Of a stretch of 52,842 nt of DNA, positions 40,301-49,867 are shown piece by piece (position 1 is the first letter of the stretch; every line of letters begins with the position of its first letter). Source of the DNA: Myxococcota bacterium (GTDB lineage: Bacteria; Myxococcota_A; UBA9160; UBA4427); the NCBI GenBank assembly GCA_029941235.1, contig JAPYQM010000011.1, positions 4,677-57,518 on the forward strand. The letters are read 5' to 3'. A program made the translations under genes and the position numbers. The notes beneath the pieces are model-generated. The model saw nothing but the letters and a program-made list of their open reading frames with translations. It did not search any database and was not told where the DNA came from.

Positions 40301-41302
40301 TCAGCGAGTGCCCGGGCTCCCAAGGCGAACGCCATGAATCCGCTGCTGGGCCTTCAAGTCCGAATCGACCATCAGGCCAATCAGACTTTCAAAATTTGTC
40401 GCTGCCTTCCAGCCAAGTTCCCTCTCGGCCTTGCTCGGATCGGCGAGGAGGGTATCCACCTCGGCTGGGCGTTGAAGGTTCTTATCGGTCTTGACGAAGT
40501 CCTCTGGCTCAAGACCGACGTGGGAAAACGCGAGTTCGTAACACTGCCGCACAGAGTGCTGAACGCCCGTCCCGATCACGTAATCAACAGCTTCTGGAGC
40601 TTGAAGCATTCGCCACATCGCGTCGACGTACTCGGCCGCGTATCCCCAATCGCGCCGAGCTTCAACGTTGCCCAGCTTCAGTTCATCCTGCAGCCCAAGC
40701 TTGATTCGAGCAACACTCTCCGTGATTTTCCGAGTAACGAACTCTCGACCTCGACGCGGAGATTCGTGGTTGAAGAGAATTCCAGATACCGCAAAGAGAT
40801 CGTAGCTCTCCCTGTAATTGACGGTAATCCAGTGACCATAGAGCTTCGCCACTGCATACGGACTGCGCGGATAAAAATCAGTGGACTCACTCTGCGGAAC
40901 TTCGGCGACCCTCCCGAACATCTCGGAGCTGGAAGCCTGGTAAAAGCGAATGCCTGGATCAATCGTTCGAATCGCATCCAACATCCGGGTGACTCCGAGA
41001 GCCGTGTATTCCCCAGTCAGCGAGGGTTGGACCCACGACGTGGGAACAAAAGATTGCGCCGCAAGGTTGTAGATTTCCCTCGGCCTCGAATCTCGAATCG
41101 CCGTTTCAAGAGATACTTGATCGAGCAGATCCGCTTGATGGAGCTGCAGGTCCTTACGAATGTGTGCGATACGCTCGTACGTCTCCGTGCTCGAGCGCCG
41201 AACGACTCCGTGAACCTCGTAGCCTTTCTCAATTAGCAACTCTGCAAGGTAGGAACCATCCTGACCCGTGACTCCCGTAATGAGTGCAATCTTTGCGCCC
41301 AT
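40301..41302 (-). CDS. gmd: GDP-mannose 4,6-dehydratase
   Basis: ALITGVTGQDGSYLAE, FYQASSSE, PRSPYAVAK, ILFNHESPRRG, RDWG. Confidence 0.96.
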   Translation of the reverse strand: MGAKIALITGVTGQDGSYLAELLIEKGYEVHGVVRRSSTETYERIAHIRKDLQLHQADLLDQVSLETAIRDSRPREIYNLAAQSFVPTSWVQPSLTGEYTALGVTRMLDAIRTIDPGIRFYQASSSEMFGRVAEVPQSESTDFYPRSPYAVAKLYGHWITVNYRESYDLFAVSGILFNHESPRRGREFVTRKITESVARIKLGLQDELKLGNVEARRDWGYAAEYVDAMWRMLQAPEAVDYVIGTGVQHSVRQCYELAFSHVGLEPEDFVKTDKNLQRPAEVDTLLADPSKAERELGWKAATNFESLIGLMVDSDLKAQQRIHGVRLGSPGTR

Positions 41303-41319
41303 TTCATTTGCTCCCTTTT

Positions 41320-42414
41320 CTAATTATCGATCGAGTCAACAGGGGTGTCCGCTGACTCTTCGGCCTGCCCAGGCCGAAGCATACCAAGGTTTCTAAGGAG
41401 TCTTGCCGTCAATACGATTACCGCAGCCAGGAAGATATAGGCCGAAACACCCCTCAGCTGAGAAAAAGATAGTGCGATCACGCTGAAACAGAGGGTCTGA
41501 AAGTAGAGCCAAAGAACGGCACGCCGATGCGAACCTTCCCTTGCAAGAATCAGATGGTGCATATGCATTTTGTCCGGCGAAAAAATTCCTTTTCCAGTTC
41601 GGACGCGTCTAAAAATGGAAAGTCCCGTATCCAAAAGCGGGACAGCGAGTGCCAGGAGAGGGACAATGAAGGCAAGAAGAGCCGCCTTTCGATAGCCCTG
41701 AATCGAGATGAGAGCCAGCCCAAAGCCAACAAAGAGGGCTCCCGCATCGCCTAGGAAGATCCTCGCAGGCGGGAAATTGAAAGGCAGAAATCCCAGCAGA
41801 GCTCCGAGCATCACCAAAGAAATCAACAAACCTGCAGGTTGACTGGCCTGGAAGCAGAGAATGCCAAGGGTTGCAGCGATAATCACTCCGATTCCCGCCG
41901 TTAGTCCATCGAGGCCGTCGATGAGGTTCATCGCGTTGGTGACGACGACGATCCAGCCGAGCGTGATCAACCAGGAGAACCAACTCGGGAGCAAATGGGT
42001 CTCAAGAGTCAGAGGATTTGTAAAATAGTCGATCACAAATCCGGAGTTGATCGCGATCAGAGAAGCCAAGAGTTGAAAGGGCAGTTTCTGCCAAGCTCCC
42101 AGTTCAAAGCGGTCGTCCCAGGCACCCACCAATACCAGTAACGTGCCCCCTGCCATAAAGGACGCTACCTGATCCCGCACATTCATGAATTGCGATTGGT
42201 CCGCGACAAAATAGTACGCAATCAGCCCCATCCCACAGCCAGAAACCACCGCGATTCCTCCCAAAAGGGGAATCCCTTCCCGGTCGTTGACCTTTCTTTC
42301 GCTGGGGCGATCGACAACATTCAGAAGAGTTGCCATTTTTCCTGCGAGGGGCGTCAGCACTCCGGCAACGAGGCCTGCCGTGCAGAATGCGAGAATCAAT
42401 GCGACTAAATCCAT
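41320..42414 (-). CDS. MraY/WecA-family polyprenyl-phosphate HexNAc-1-phosphate transferase
   Basis: Polytopic membrane protein; GAWDD, TNAMNLIDGLDGL, FNFPPARIFLGDAG, PDKMHMHH. Confidence 0.9.
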   Translation of the reverse strand: MDLVALILAFCTAGLVAGVLTPLAGKMATLLNVVDRPSERKVNDREGIPLLGGIAVVSGCGMGLIAYYFVADQSQFMNVRDQVASFMAGGTLLVLVGAWDDRFELGAWQKLPFQLLASLIAINSGFVIDYFTNPLTLETHLLPSWFSWLITLGWIVVVTNAMNLIDGLDGLTAGIGVIIAATLGILCFQASQPAGLLISLVMLGALLGFLPFNFPPARIFLGDAGALFVGFGLALISIQGYRKAALLAFIVPLLALAVPLLDTGLSIFRRVRTGKGIFSPDKMHMHHLILAREGSHRRAVLWLYFQTLCFSVIALSFSQLRGVSAYIFLAAVIVLTARLLRNLGMLRPGQAEESADTPVDSIDN

Positions 42415-42462
42415 CCCCGGCCTCTTCCTGCCGTCCCTCGTCGCGGAGGTCCCGAAAACATT

Positions 42463-43314
42463 CTAGTAGGGCCCGGTGGGCGATGAGTTCTGGGCCACCC
42501 CGTTGAGTACCATGCCGAGAATTCGCCTCTGATCAAGAATTTCGAGCATGGTCTCCACGTCTTCTTTCGGTGTGACCCCAGCACGCACAACCAGAACTAT
42601 TCCGTCGCTGAGCTCGGAAACGGTTTTTGAATCGGGCAACCCGAGACAGGCGGGTGTATCTAGAATCACCTGGTCGTAGAGTTCGGCGACTTCTTCGACC
42701 ATCTCCCGCATCCCTACTGAAGCCAGAAGTTCGGAGGGATTGGTGGGCCTGCCTCTGACGAGAAGTACATCCATGTTAACGGTATCGATCTTGGTAATCG
42801 CCTCTTCGAGGCGAGCACTGCCCATCAATACCTCTCCCAAGCCTACGGCGGGATCAACTCCCAGACTCGTATGGATACTCGGATTGCGCAGATCACAGTC
42901 GACAAGAAGAACCTTCTTCCCCAGGCTCATGGATGTGACGACCGCCAGGTTGATCGAAGCCATACTTTTGCCTTCGCCAGAATTCGCGCTGACTACTGAA
43001 ACTGTCTTGAGTGACTGCTGGGTCGCCAGCGAGTCGATACGGCCTCGAAGAGTACGAAACTGCTCTGACACTACGGAGTCGGGCTGAAGCATCGTTATGC
43101 GGCGCTTATTGATATCGTTCGCCGTCTCTACTCCAATTTTTCCTCTTGGCCCCGACCCGAAGGATAGAATTTTCTTAAGACTCCCCCTTTTTCGCACTGG
43201 AGCGCTCGCGGGTGTCGTGTCCCATTCTGTCGGCGCCATGACCGCGGGTTCACCAACGGCCTTTCTTCGGCGTTCCGCTTCGGCCCGCTGCAATGCTTCA
43301 TAATGTTTGGCCAT
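42463..43314 (-). CDS. CpsD/CapB-type cytoplasmic bacterial tyrosine kinase
   Basis: EQFRTLR, Walker A GEGKS, A' LLVDCDLR, NPSELL, Walker B VILDTP, GMVLN. Confidence 0.88.
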   Translation of the reverse strand: MAKHYEALQRAEAERRRKAVGEPAVMAPTEWDTTPASAPVRKRGSLKKILSFGSGPRGKIGVETANDINKRRITMLQPDSVVSEQFRTLRGRIDSLATQQSLKTVSVVSANSGEGKSMASINLAVVTSMSLGKKVLLVDCDLRNPSIHTSLGVDPAVGLGEVLMGSARLEEAITKIDTVNMDVLLVRGRPTNPSELLASVGMREMVEEVAELYDQVILDTPACLGLPDSKTVSELSDGIVLVVRAGVTPKEDVETMLEILDQRRILGMVLNGVAQNSSPTGPY

Positions 43315-43335
43315 TGTCGCTCTACGATCCCCTTA

Positions 43336-44235
43336 CTAACGAAAGAACCTGAATATCTCGCGAACCTTGCTGCGGGATTTTTTCTTATGCTCCCCGCTTG
43401 CACCAGATTCACTCTCCGAAGGAAGCGTCTCCAGCATATCAAGATCTTCCGCAGCTTCCTCGATCATATCCGCGTCAACTATTTTCTGCGCCCTTGCAAA
43501 GCCCATCAAAAGCGCGCTGTCACACAGGACGTTCAACAGCCTTGGCGTACCCCCCGTAATCCGGTAGAGAGCACGCAACGCACCCCGCTTGAAAAGCCGT
43601 CCTCCAGTAAACCCAGCCCGCCGAAGGCGGTCCTCTACATATTCGTGGGTCTCGGTCTCATCAAATGGTCTCAGATGGTGGCTCAGCGCAATCCTCTGGC
43701 GCAGTTGGCGAAGCTCGGGCTTCCGAAGCATCTCCTTCAACTCCGGCTGTCCCACTAGCATTATCTGGATGAGCTTCGAACGTGGCGTTTCAAGGTTTGA
43801 AAGCAGCCGAATCTCTTCCAGCATATCGATCGAGAGATTTTGCGCTTCATCAACTATGAGAAGAGTCTTTTCGTTCTTCGCAAGTCGATCTATCAAAAAT
43901 TCGTTCAGCTGCAACAAATACTCCGCCTTGTTCTTGCGCCTAGGCTCAATGTCGAGTTCCTCAAAAAGTATTCGAAAGAAACCGAGCGGAGTCAGTCGCG
44001 GATTGAATATGAAGGCTGACTTCGTTTTGGAATCGAGCTGACCCAGGAGCGCATGCAGGAGGGTAGTTTTCCCCGTTCCCACTTCACCCGTGAGCATCAC
44101 AAAGCCCTTCCCCGCCTTGACGCCATACAAGAGGGTCGCGAGACCCTCACGATGCGCCTCTCCAAGGAAGAGAAATGAAGGGTCCGGGGTCATTTCAAAG
44201 GGCGGCCTGACCAAGCCGTAGTATTCACAATACAT
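43336..44235 (-). CDS. ExeA-like AAA ATPase (XrtA/PEP-CTERM-associated type)
   Basis: YYGL..PF..TPDP, GEVGTGKTT, IVDEAQNL, LVGQPEL, QLRQRI, GTPRLLN. Confidence 0.88.
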   Translation of the reverse strand: MYCEYYGLVRPPFEMTPDPSFLFLGEAHREGLATLLYGVKAGKGFVMLTGEVGTGKTTLLHALLGQLDSKTKSAFIFNPRLTPLGFFRILFEELDIEPRRKNKAEYLLQLNEFLIDRLAKNEKTLLIVDEAQNLSIDMLEEIRLLSNLETPRSKLIQIMLVGQPELKEMLRKPELRQLRQRIALSHHLRPFDETETHEYVEDRLRRAGFTGGRLFKRGALRALYRITGGTPRLLNVLCDSALLMGFARAQKIVDADMIEEAAEDLDMLETLPSESESGASGEHKKKSRSKVREIFRFFR

Positions 44236-44253
44236 GTGTACTCCGGAAGACCA

Positions 44254-45900
44254 TCAGGGGTTCCATCCTAAATTCATTCCTTGAATGCGGCGCCTAGCCT
44301 CAGACTCTCCGTCTCGATCCTCTTCGCCGGCGTCGCTACTCGGAAAAATCTGAACGTCGTTGACGTATACGTACGAAACAGCTCCGCCCAAGAGGAACAA
44401 TGCGGCAATTCCGCCAGCGACCAGAATTTCGCGAGCCCGTTGGCGACGGCGCGCGGCGAAATCTGGCTCAAGCATAATCGCCGGAATCGAGGCCAATACT
44501 GGCACACTGGTCGCGGCTTGAAGGCTGCGCGAATCATAGACGGCCGAATCGAGAGATTCGAGCAAGAGCCCAACAGCTCCGGCCACTCCCATGCCCATCA
44601 CCAAACCCAAGAAAAGAATCAGCCGACGATTGGGAGAACTCGGACTCGGCGCCGGAAACGCGGACTCAAGAATTCGAAACTGCTCCCCGAGTTGCTTTCG
44701 CTCAAGATCCGCCTGGACGCTCGCCTGCTGGCGACGCGCACCAAAATCTTGGAATGAAGCGTTGAGGTGACTGTACTCCCGAGCGAGTGCCTCAAGCACA
44801 GCAGCGACCGCGGGAGTCGCTGCCAGCCGCTCGCGCGCGTCCTCGCCCTGTTCGGTCAGACGTTGAGCGTCCCGTGTCAACGCCTCGACTCGCAGTGCAG
44901 AACGGCGCTCCTCGGACTTGGCATTCTGCTCCGCATACGAACCCGGCACCCCTTCCTCTCCTAGCTCTGGACTGTCGATGCGATCGTCGAGCAGGACCAG
45001 TTCCTGGATCGCCTGCACGACATCCGGGTGACGATCCGTAAAACCGCGAGCTCGCATCATTCCAAGCTCAGCCTGGACAACGTTGCGGCGATACACTGGA
45101 CTCGCCTGATCGTTCAGTCCGGTCATGGCGCCCGCTGTAATGGCCTGATTTTTCCAAAATGCCTCGTCACTCATTGCAAGATCCAAAGCACGCTGCACCT
45201 CTCGAAGCTGATTCATCGACAGCTGAAGGGCTTCCTGATTGGATTTCAACTCCTCCGGAAGATGGCCCGCGTTTTCGCTCTTAAGTTCCTTGATCTCTTG
45301 CTCGACTTCGCCAAGACGACTGCTCAGTTGCTCAATCGAATCCTGCATGAAGCGTAGACTCTGTTGCGAAACATTGACTCGAGCATCGATATTGGCCTCG
45401 AGGAAGTCGTTGCCGATGCTCTGCGCGACTACCGCGGCCGTAACCGCAGACCTCGACCTAAACGATATCCGGAACGAGTTGAAATCGATTTCTTCCCTCT
45501 GGCGGCGGCCGGCTTCCAGCGCACTCACAATGGGCTCAACCACAACATTGGCCCGCATGATGTCGATCACTTCTGAGCGCTGCATGCTCTCTGACTCTTC
45601 GGGATACAAGTCGAATTCATCGATCAATCGGGAAAGGCGCGGCCGACTAAGAATTTCCGCCGTCATGATCCCGAGGCGTTCCTTTAGATCGCTCTCTCGA
45701 ACACCTGCACTGACCAGCCCCTCATCGACTGCTTGCGGCTCAACGAGGATGGTTGCGTACGAGGAGTATTGATTGGGAAGCGCCATCGCGATCAAGTACA
45801 TCAGCAGAAAAGTCGCTCCGCCGACAGAGAGCATAACCTTCCCCCGACGACGCAGCATTCCACCGATATCGGGAAGCTGAGGAGATTGCTGAGTATTCAT
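44254..45900 (-). CDS. Polysaccharide co-polymerase (Wzz/GumC family)
   Basis: Two TM helices flanking a coiled coil; LPNQYSSYATILV, FTDRHPDV, GEQFRILESA.PAPSPSSPNR. Confidence 0.88.
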   Translation of the reverse strand: MNTQQSPQLPDIGGMLRRRGKVMLSVGGATFLLMYLIAMALPNQYSSYATILVEPQAVDEGLVSAGVRESDLKERLGIMTAEILSRPRLSRLIDEFDLYPEESESMQRSEVIDIMRANVVVEPIVSALEAGRRQREEIDFNSFRISFRSRSAVTAAVVAQSIGNDFLEANIDARVNVSQQSLRFMQDSIEQLSSRLGEVEQEIKELKSENAGHLPEELKSNQEALQLSMNQLREVQRALDLAMSDEAFWKNQAITAGAMTGLNDQASPVYRRNVVQAELGMMRARGFTDRHPDVVQAIQELVLLDDRIDSPELGEEGVPGSYAEQNAKSEERRSALRVEALTRDAQRLTEQGEDARERLAATPAVAAVLEALAREYSHLNASFQDFGARRQQASVQADLERKQLGEQFRILESAFPAPSPSSPNRRLILFLGLVMGMGVAGAVGLLLESLDSAVYDSRSLQAATSVPVLASIPAIMLEPDFAARRRQRAREILVAGGIAALFLLGGAVSYVYVNDVQIFPSSDAGEEDRDGESEARRRIQGMNLGWNP

Positions 45901-45979
45901 TTTTTCCTGATCTTTATCGCCATGATCGCCAGATTTCTTTCAGCCCCGGGGTCCGTTGCCGGCCCCGTCGCCACTTTTC

Positions 45980-47248
45980 CTAAAAGAAATAGGAGGGAAA
46001 CTCATAGTTCAGAGACACTGAGCCCGAGTAATTATCCTGATTGGATTGATCGATTCCGTCGATCTTGTAGTCGGTCCAGCTCTGGTAGCGAAAATCGAGC
46101 CGCAAAAGAATTCGCTCGCCGAGACGCCGAGCGGCGCCCACCGAGACCCAGGCTCGATCGAGCTGAGTCTCCTGGGAAAACGGCCGGGGAACTGTTGAGC
46201 CTTCGTCTCGTATAAGAAACGCGTCGACCGTTTGTCTTCGACTCCATCCCAGTACGGCGTCCACCCTCCAAAACTCGTCGGCGGCGGAACTAAACGACGC
46301 TGATATTGAATCGACAACGGAAGTCCTACTCGATCCCCCCGAAGCATCTTCGTTCCGAGTATAGTTCAGCCGGAACTTGGAATCTCTGATTTTCCGAGTC
46401 AGTGAAATGTCTGCGAAGTAAGTGAAGTCATCGTTCGACTCGGGCTGAGGCCTGCCCACCACCGCCCCGGGCGCCGTACTAATCAACGATGGACCACCCT
46501 GGAAATCGAATACGAAGCGAGGCGATATCCGATAGGACCCGAGGATACCAAGGTTGGAGACCACGACCTCGGAACGTCCCGAGAGCGGCTGCTCATCAAA
46601 GAGCCTGTAGCGGCTGGCCAAACTCGCACCCAGAGTTAAACGATCGGAGAGGCCTCGAGAATACGAAGCGACAGCCCCCACCGACTTGTTCCCTACATTC
46701 GAGCGGAGAACTTCGCGCGATTGACGGTACGAATAATTCTGGATATCAAGGCTCAATCGAACATTTGTCCGTTGATTCAGGCTCCGCGAATACGCAAGGT
46801 CTCCAAATGCGCGAATTGTCTCTCCCGCAGGCGACGCCAATACATCAAAAGATCCGTCCGCTCCGGCCTGGGAAATAGCCTGCACCGAACTGAACTCGTC
46901 ATAGGATGCCGACGCCGATAGATGATCTCTGCGCGTAATGTCTATCGTTGCACTTCCGTTCGCCTTGTTGTCGAAATTATTGACACCTTCTGACCTGAAG
47001 TACCAAAGGTACGAGGGTCGATAAGAAGCCTGGTATTTGCCTCCGCGAAACCTATCGAAGCTTCCACCCAGGCTCAAGCTCGGATTGATCCGATAGGTGC
47101 CATCGGTTATTGGACTCGTTGCTGACCCAAAAATATTACTCTCTACCCGGGCGCTCTGTCTGATTCCTAGAGCAAGCTGGTGCGCTTCTGCAAGGGAACT
47201 TGCAGTCATGAGCGCACACCACAACGCTGGGAGGATACGAACTCGCAC
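45980..47248 (-). CDS. Outer-membrane beta-barrel associated with polysaccharide export
   Basis: Signal peptide, alternating aromatic beta-strands, C-terminal ...LNYEFPSYFF; sits between the OPX and co-polymerase genes. Confidence 0.65.
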   Translation of the reverse strand: MRVRILPALWCALMTASSLAEAHQLALGIRQSARVESNIFGSATSPITDGTYRINPSLSLGGSFDRFRGGKYQASYRPSYLWYFRSEGVNNFDNKANGSATIDITRRDHLSASASYDEFSSVQAISQAGADGSFDVLASPAGETIRAFGDLAYSRSLNQRTNVRLSLDIQNYSYRQSREVLRSNVGNKSVGAVASYSRGLSDRLTLGASLASRYRLFDEQPLSGRSEVVVSNLGILGSYRISPRFVFDFQGGPSLISTAPGAVVGRPQPESNDDFTYFADISLTRKIRDSKFRLNYTRNEDASGGSSRTSVVDSISASFSSAADEFWRVDAVLGWSRRQTVDAFLIRDEGSTVPRPFSQETQLDRAWVSVGAARRLGERILLRLDFRYQSWTDYKIDGIDQSNQDNYSGSVSLNYEFPSYFF

Positions 47249-47257
47249 AAATATTCC

Positions 47258-47908
47258 CTACTCGGGGATAACAATCGTGTCACCAGGCTCGACCAAAATG
47301 TTTGAGTCCAGCTCCTTGCCGGCGACGTAGGCGGAGTAATTGAAGCGATAAGAGACAAGACCATCCGGCGTCGGGCGAAGGATTCGAATATCCGAACGAT
47401 TCGCCCATGTATTGAACCCTCCGACCGCCGCGATGACTTCGAGTACCCGCATCTGACGGTTCAGTGGCAAGGTGCCCGCACGCAGAGCCCCACCCATCAC
47501 TGTGACAACCTGACTATTGGCCTGCAGAACGATCACTGTCACGCTCGGAGAACTGATGTATTTCGCCAACTTCCCGCTGATGACTTCTTTCAGTTCTGCA
47601 GGCGTCAGACCCTCGGCTTGGACGTCGTCCAGAAGGGGAACCGAAATCTTCCCATCACTTCTCACTGGCACTTCAACACTCAACTCAGGATTCTTCCAGA
47701 CGGTAATCCGCAAGATATCCGGGATTCCGATTACATAGGGGACACGCAGGCCCATCTTTTCATCCGGGGGCGAATCGGCCGCTGGCCTAGCACACCCCAA
47801 CGCCAGGAGCGTCAGCATCAAAACACCACTCACTGTCGCAAAGAACGGTCGAGACAATTTCGGCGATTGCCCCGTGCCGGTCAATCGATCTCGCGATTCA
47901 AATTCCAT
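47258..47908 (-). CDS. Polysaccharide export (OPX/Wza-family) lipoprotein, short form
   Basis: Lipobox LALGC; PES motif YVIG..D.L.ITVW...VRSDGKISVPLL.DVQAEGLT; one SLBB domain ending PGDTIVIPE. Confidence 0.9.
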   Translation of the reverse strand: MEFESRDRLTGTGQSPKLSRPFFATVSGVLMLTLLALGCARPAADSPPDEKMGLRVPYVIGIPDILRITVWKNPELSVEVPVRSDGKISVPLLDDVQAEGLTPAELKEVISGKLAKYISSPSVTVIVLQANSQVVTVMGGALRAGTLPLNRQMRVLEVIAAVGGFNTWANRSDIRILRPTPDGLVSYRFNYSAYVAGKELDSNILVEPGDTIVIPE

Positions 47909-49322
47909 CGCTTAGCCCGTTCTCCTTCATTTTATAGAGTAAAGCCTTGTAGCTGATCTGCAGTCTTTGCGCGGCTTCCTTGCGGTTCCATCGAGTCTGC
48001 GTCAACACGCGTTCGATCACCTTCTTCTCCGCAACTCTGGCTGCTCGTTTGGAGATCGCTTTCAGATCGAAGCCCTCACCATCTGACAAATCTGCGCTCA
48101 AGGATGAGAGATCCAGGGTGTCCTCTTGGGGCGTACCGGCCACGGAAACCGCAACATCCTGCCGCTGAATTTCTTTCAGAACCGCCTGCTCGCTGCCCAA
48201 CACAACTATGCGCTTGATCATATTCTCCAGCTCACGCACATTTCCGGGCCAGTTGTATTCCATCATAATGCCCATCGTTTTCGGGGAAAGTGGACGGGCC
48301 TCTTTCCCGTACTGCTCCCCATACATGCTGAGAAAGTGCTCGGCCAGTAGGGGCACCGCGTCGATTCGATCGCGAAGCGGTGGAAGAGGAATCATGACGA
48401 CGTTCAGCCGGTAGTAGAGGTCCTCTCGAAACTCTCCCGAGCGCACAGCCTCTTCCAGATTCCGATTGGTCGCCGCGATTATTCGAGTATCAACCTTGAC
48501 ATCACTCTCGCCTCCCAGACGTGAGAATTCGCCATCTTGAAGAACCTGAAGAAGCTTGGCCTGCAGCCCCGGCGCCATTTCGCTGATTTCGTCGAGAAAG
48601 ATTGTGCCGCGGTTCGCGTACTCAAATTTCCCGAGCTTCCTCTTTTGGGCGCCGGTAAACGCTCCCTTTTCGAAGCCAAAGAGCTCGCTCTCGAGCAATT
48701 CCGAAGGCAGCGCCGCGCAGTTCACTTTGACAAATGGGCGCTCGCTGCGGTTGCTCAACTGGTAGAGGGCTCGGGCCACAAGTTCCTTCCCCGTCCCGCT
48801 CTCTCCGCGGACCAGAACCGTGATGTCCGTATCCGCAACTTGCTCGATGGTCTCCCTCACTTCTCTCATCTTGGGGTTGTCACCGCCAAGAAGAAGACCG
48901 TCGACTTCGCTCCGGACTCTTCCGCGAAGATTCACGACTTCTTCCTTGAGAGCGTGAGTCTCCAAGGCTTTGCTAAATGCAAGTTCGAGTTCTTCGACCT
49001 CAAAAGGCTTGCGCAGAAAGTCCGATGCCCCCAACCGCATCGCTTCGACGATCATACGGGCCTGCCCGTGACCGGAGAGCATGATGACCGGCACCTGGGG
49101 CAAGGCCTCCTTGAGTTTTCCTAGAGTTTCGAGACCATCCATTCCCGGCAAAACCGCATCGAGGGTGATGATATCCGGCCGACTTTCCGACAAGCCAGCG
49201 ATCGCACCCTCGCCGTCGGCGGCCGAAAACACGTCGTAGCCCTGACGTGATGCAACCGTGTGGAGGTACTCCCGGATACCCGGATCGTCGTCAATGACGA
49301 GAACTCTGAATGCGTCACCCAT
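47898..49322 (-). CDS. Sigma54-dependent response regulator (REC-AAA-Fis HTH)
   Basis: VIDDD, ITLDAVLP, GESGTGKE, ELFGFEKGAFTGA, FREDLYYRLNV, WPGNVREL, C-terminal HTH; ATG 49322 with AGGAG upstream. Confidence 0.93.
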   Translation of the reverse strand: MGDAFRVLVIDDDPGIREYLHTVASRQGYDVFSAADGEGAIAGLSESRPDIITLDAVLPGMDGLETLGKLKEALPQVPVIMLSGHGQARMIVEAMRLGASDFLRKPFEVEELELAFSKALETHALKEEVVNLRGRVRSEVDGLLLGGDNPKMREVRETIEQVADTDITVLVRGESGTGKELVARALYQLSNRSERPFVKVNCAALPSELLESELFGFEKGAFTGAQKRKLGKFEYANRGTIFLDEISEMAPGLQAKLLQVLQDGEFSRLGGESDVKVDTRIIAATNRNLEEAVRSGEFREDLYYRLNVVMIPLPPLRDRIDAVPLLAEHFLSMYGEQYGKEARPLSPKTMGIMMEYNWPGNVRELENMIKRIVVLGSEQAVLKEIQRQDVAVSVAGTPQEDTLDLSSLSADLSDGEGFDLKAISKRAARVAEKKVIERVLTQTRWNRKEAAQRLQISYKALLYKMKENGLSDGI

Positions 49323-49867
49323 CGCGCCTATTCTCCTAAGACCCGCTCGCCCGCTTCGTGGGCTCTCGTGGTGGTCACACGGATTCCCTCGCACCGAAGA
49401 CTCGAGCCGGTCCTCATTCCGTAAGCAAGACGACAAATACAGCCATTGCCGACCACTTTTTCCGTTCCGTCCGCCTCACGAAGTCTGTTCGCCTTCCGTC
49501 TCATCACCGAGTCGACCCGAGTGCAAAAGAGTTCCAGTTTTGGGAATATTATCCCTCCTTTGGAATCACTTTTCCTATCTTCGACCAAAACGGAGTCAAA
49601 CTTTTCTCTTTTTCAACCCAAAAGCGAGGTTATAAGGCTACGTCTCTGAAAATGATTGCGCACTTCGGGTCCAATTTCATCGTAGGCTCGGACAAGATCG
49701 AACTTCTTCAAGACACCGTGCCTCTCGGCACCCCGTGGGAATCGGACCCGCCGGTGTACAGTCCGGCCGGCCGGTATGATGGCGCGCTCAAGTCAAGCGG
49801 GCCTATCGGCCGATTCCGCCCAAGCGACTCGAGGCCTCGCCTCGCCTTAGCAAGGACTTCATGCCCC

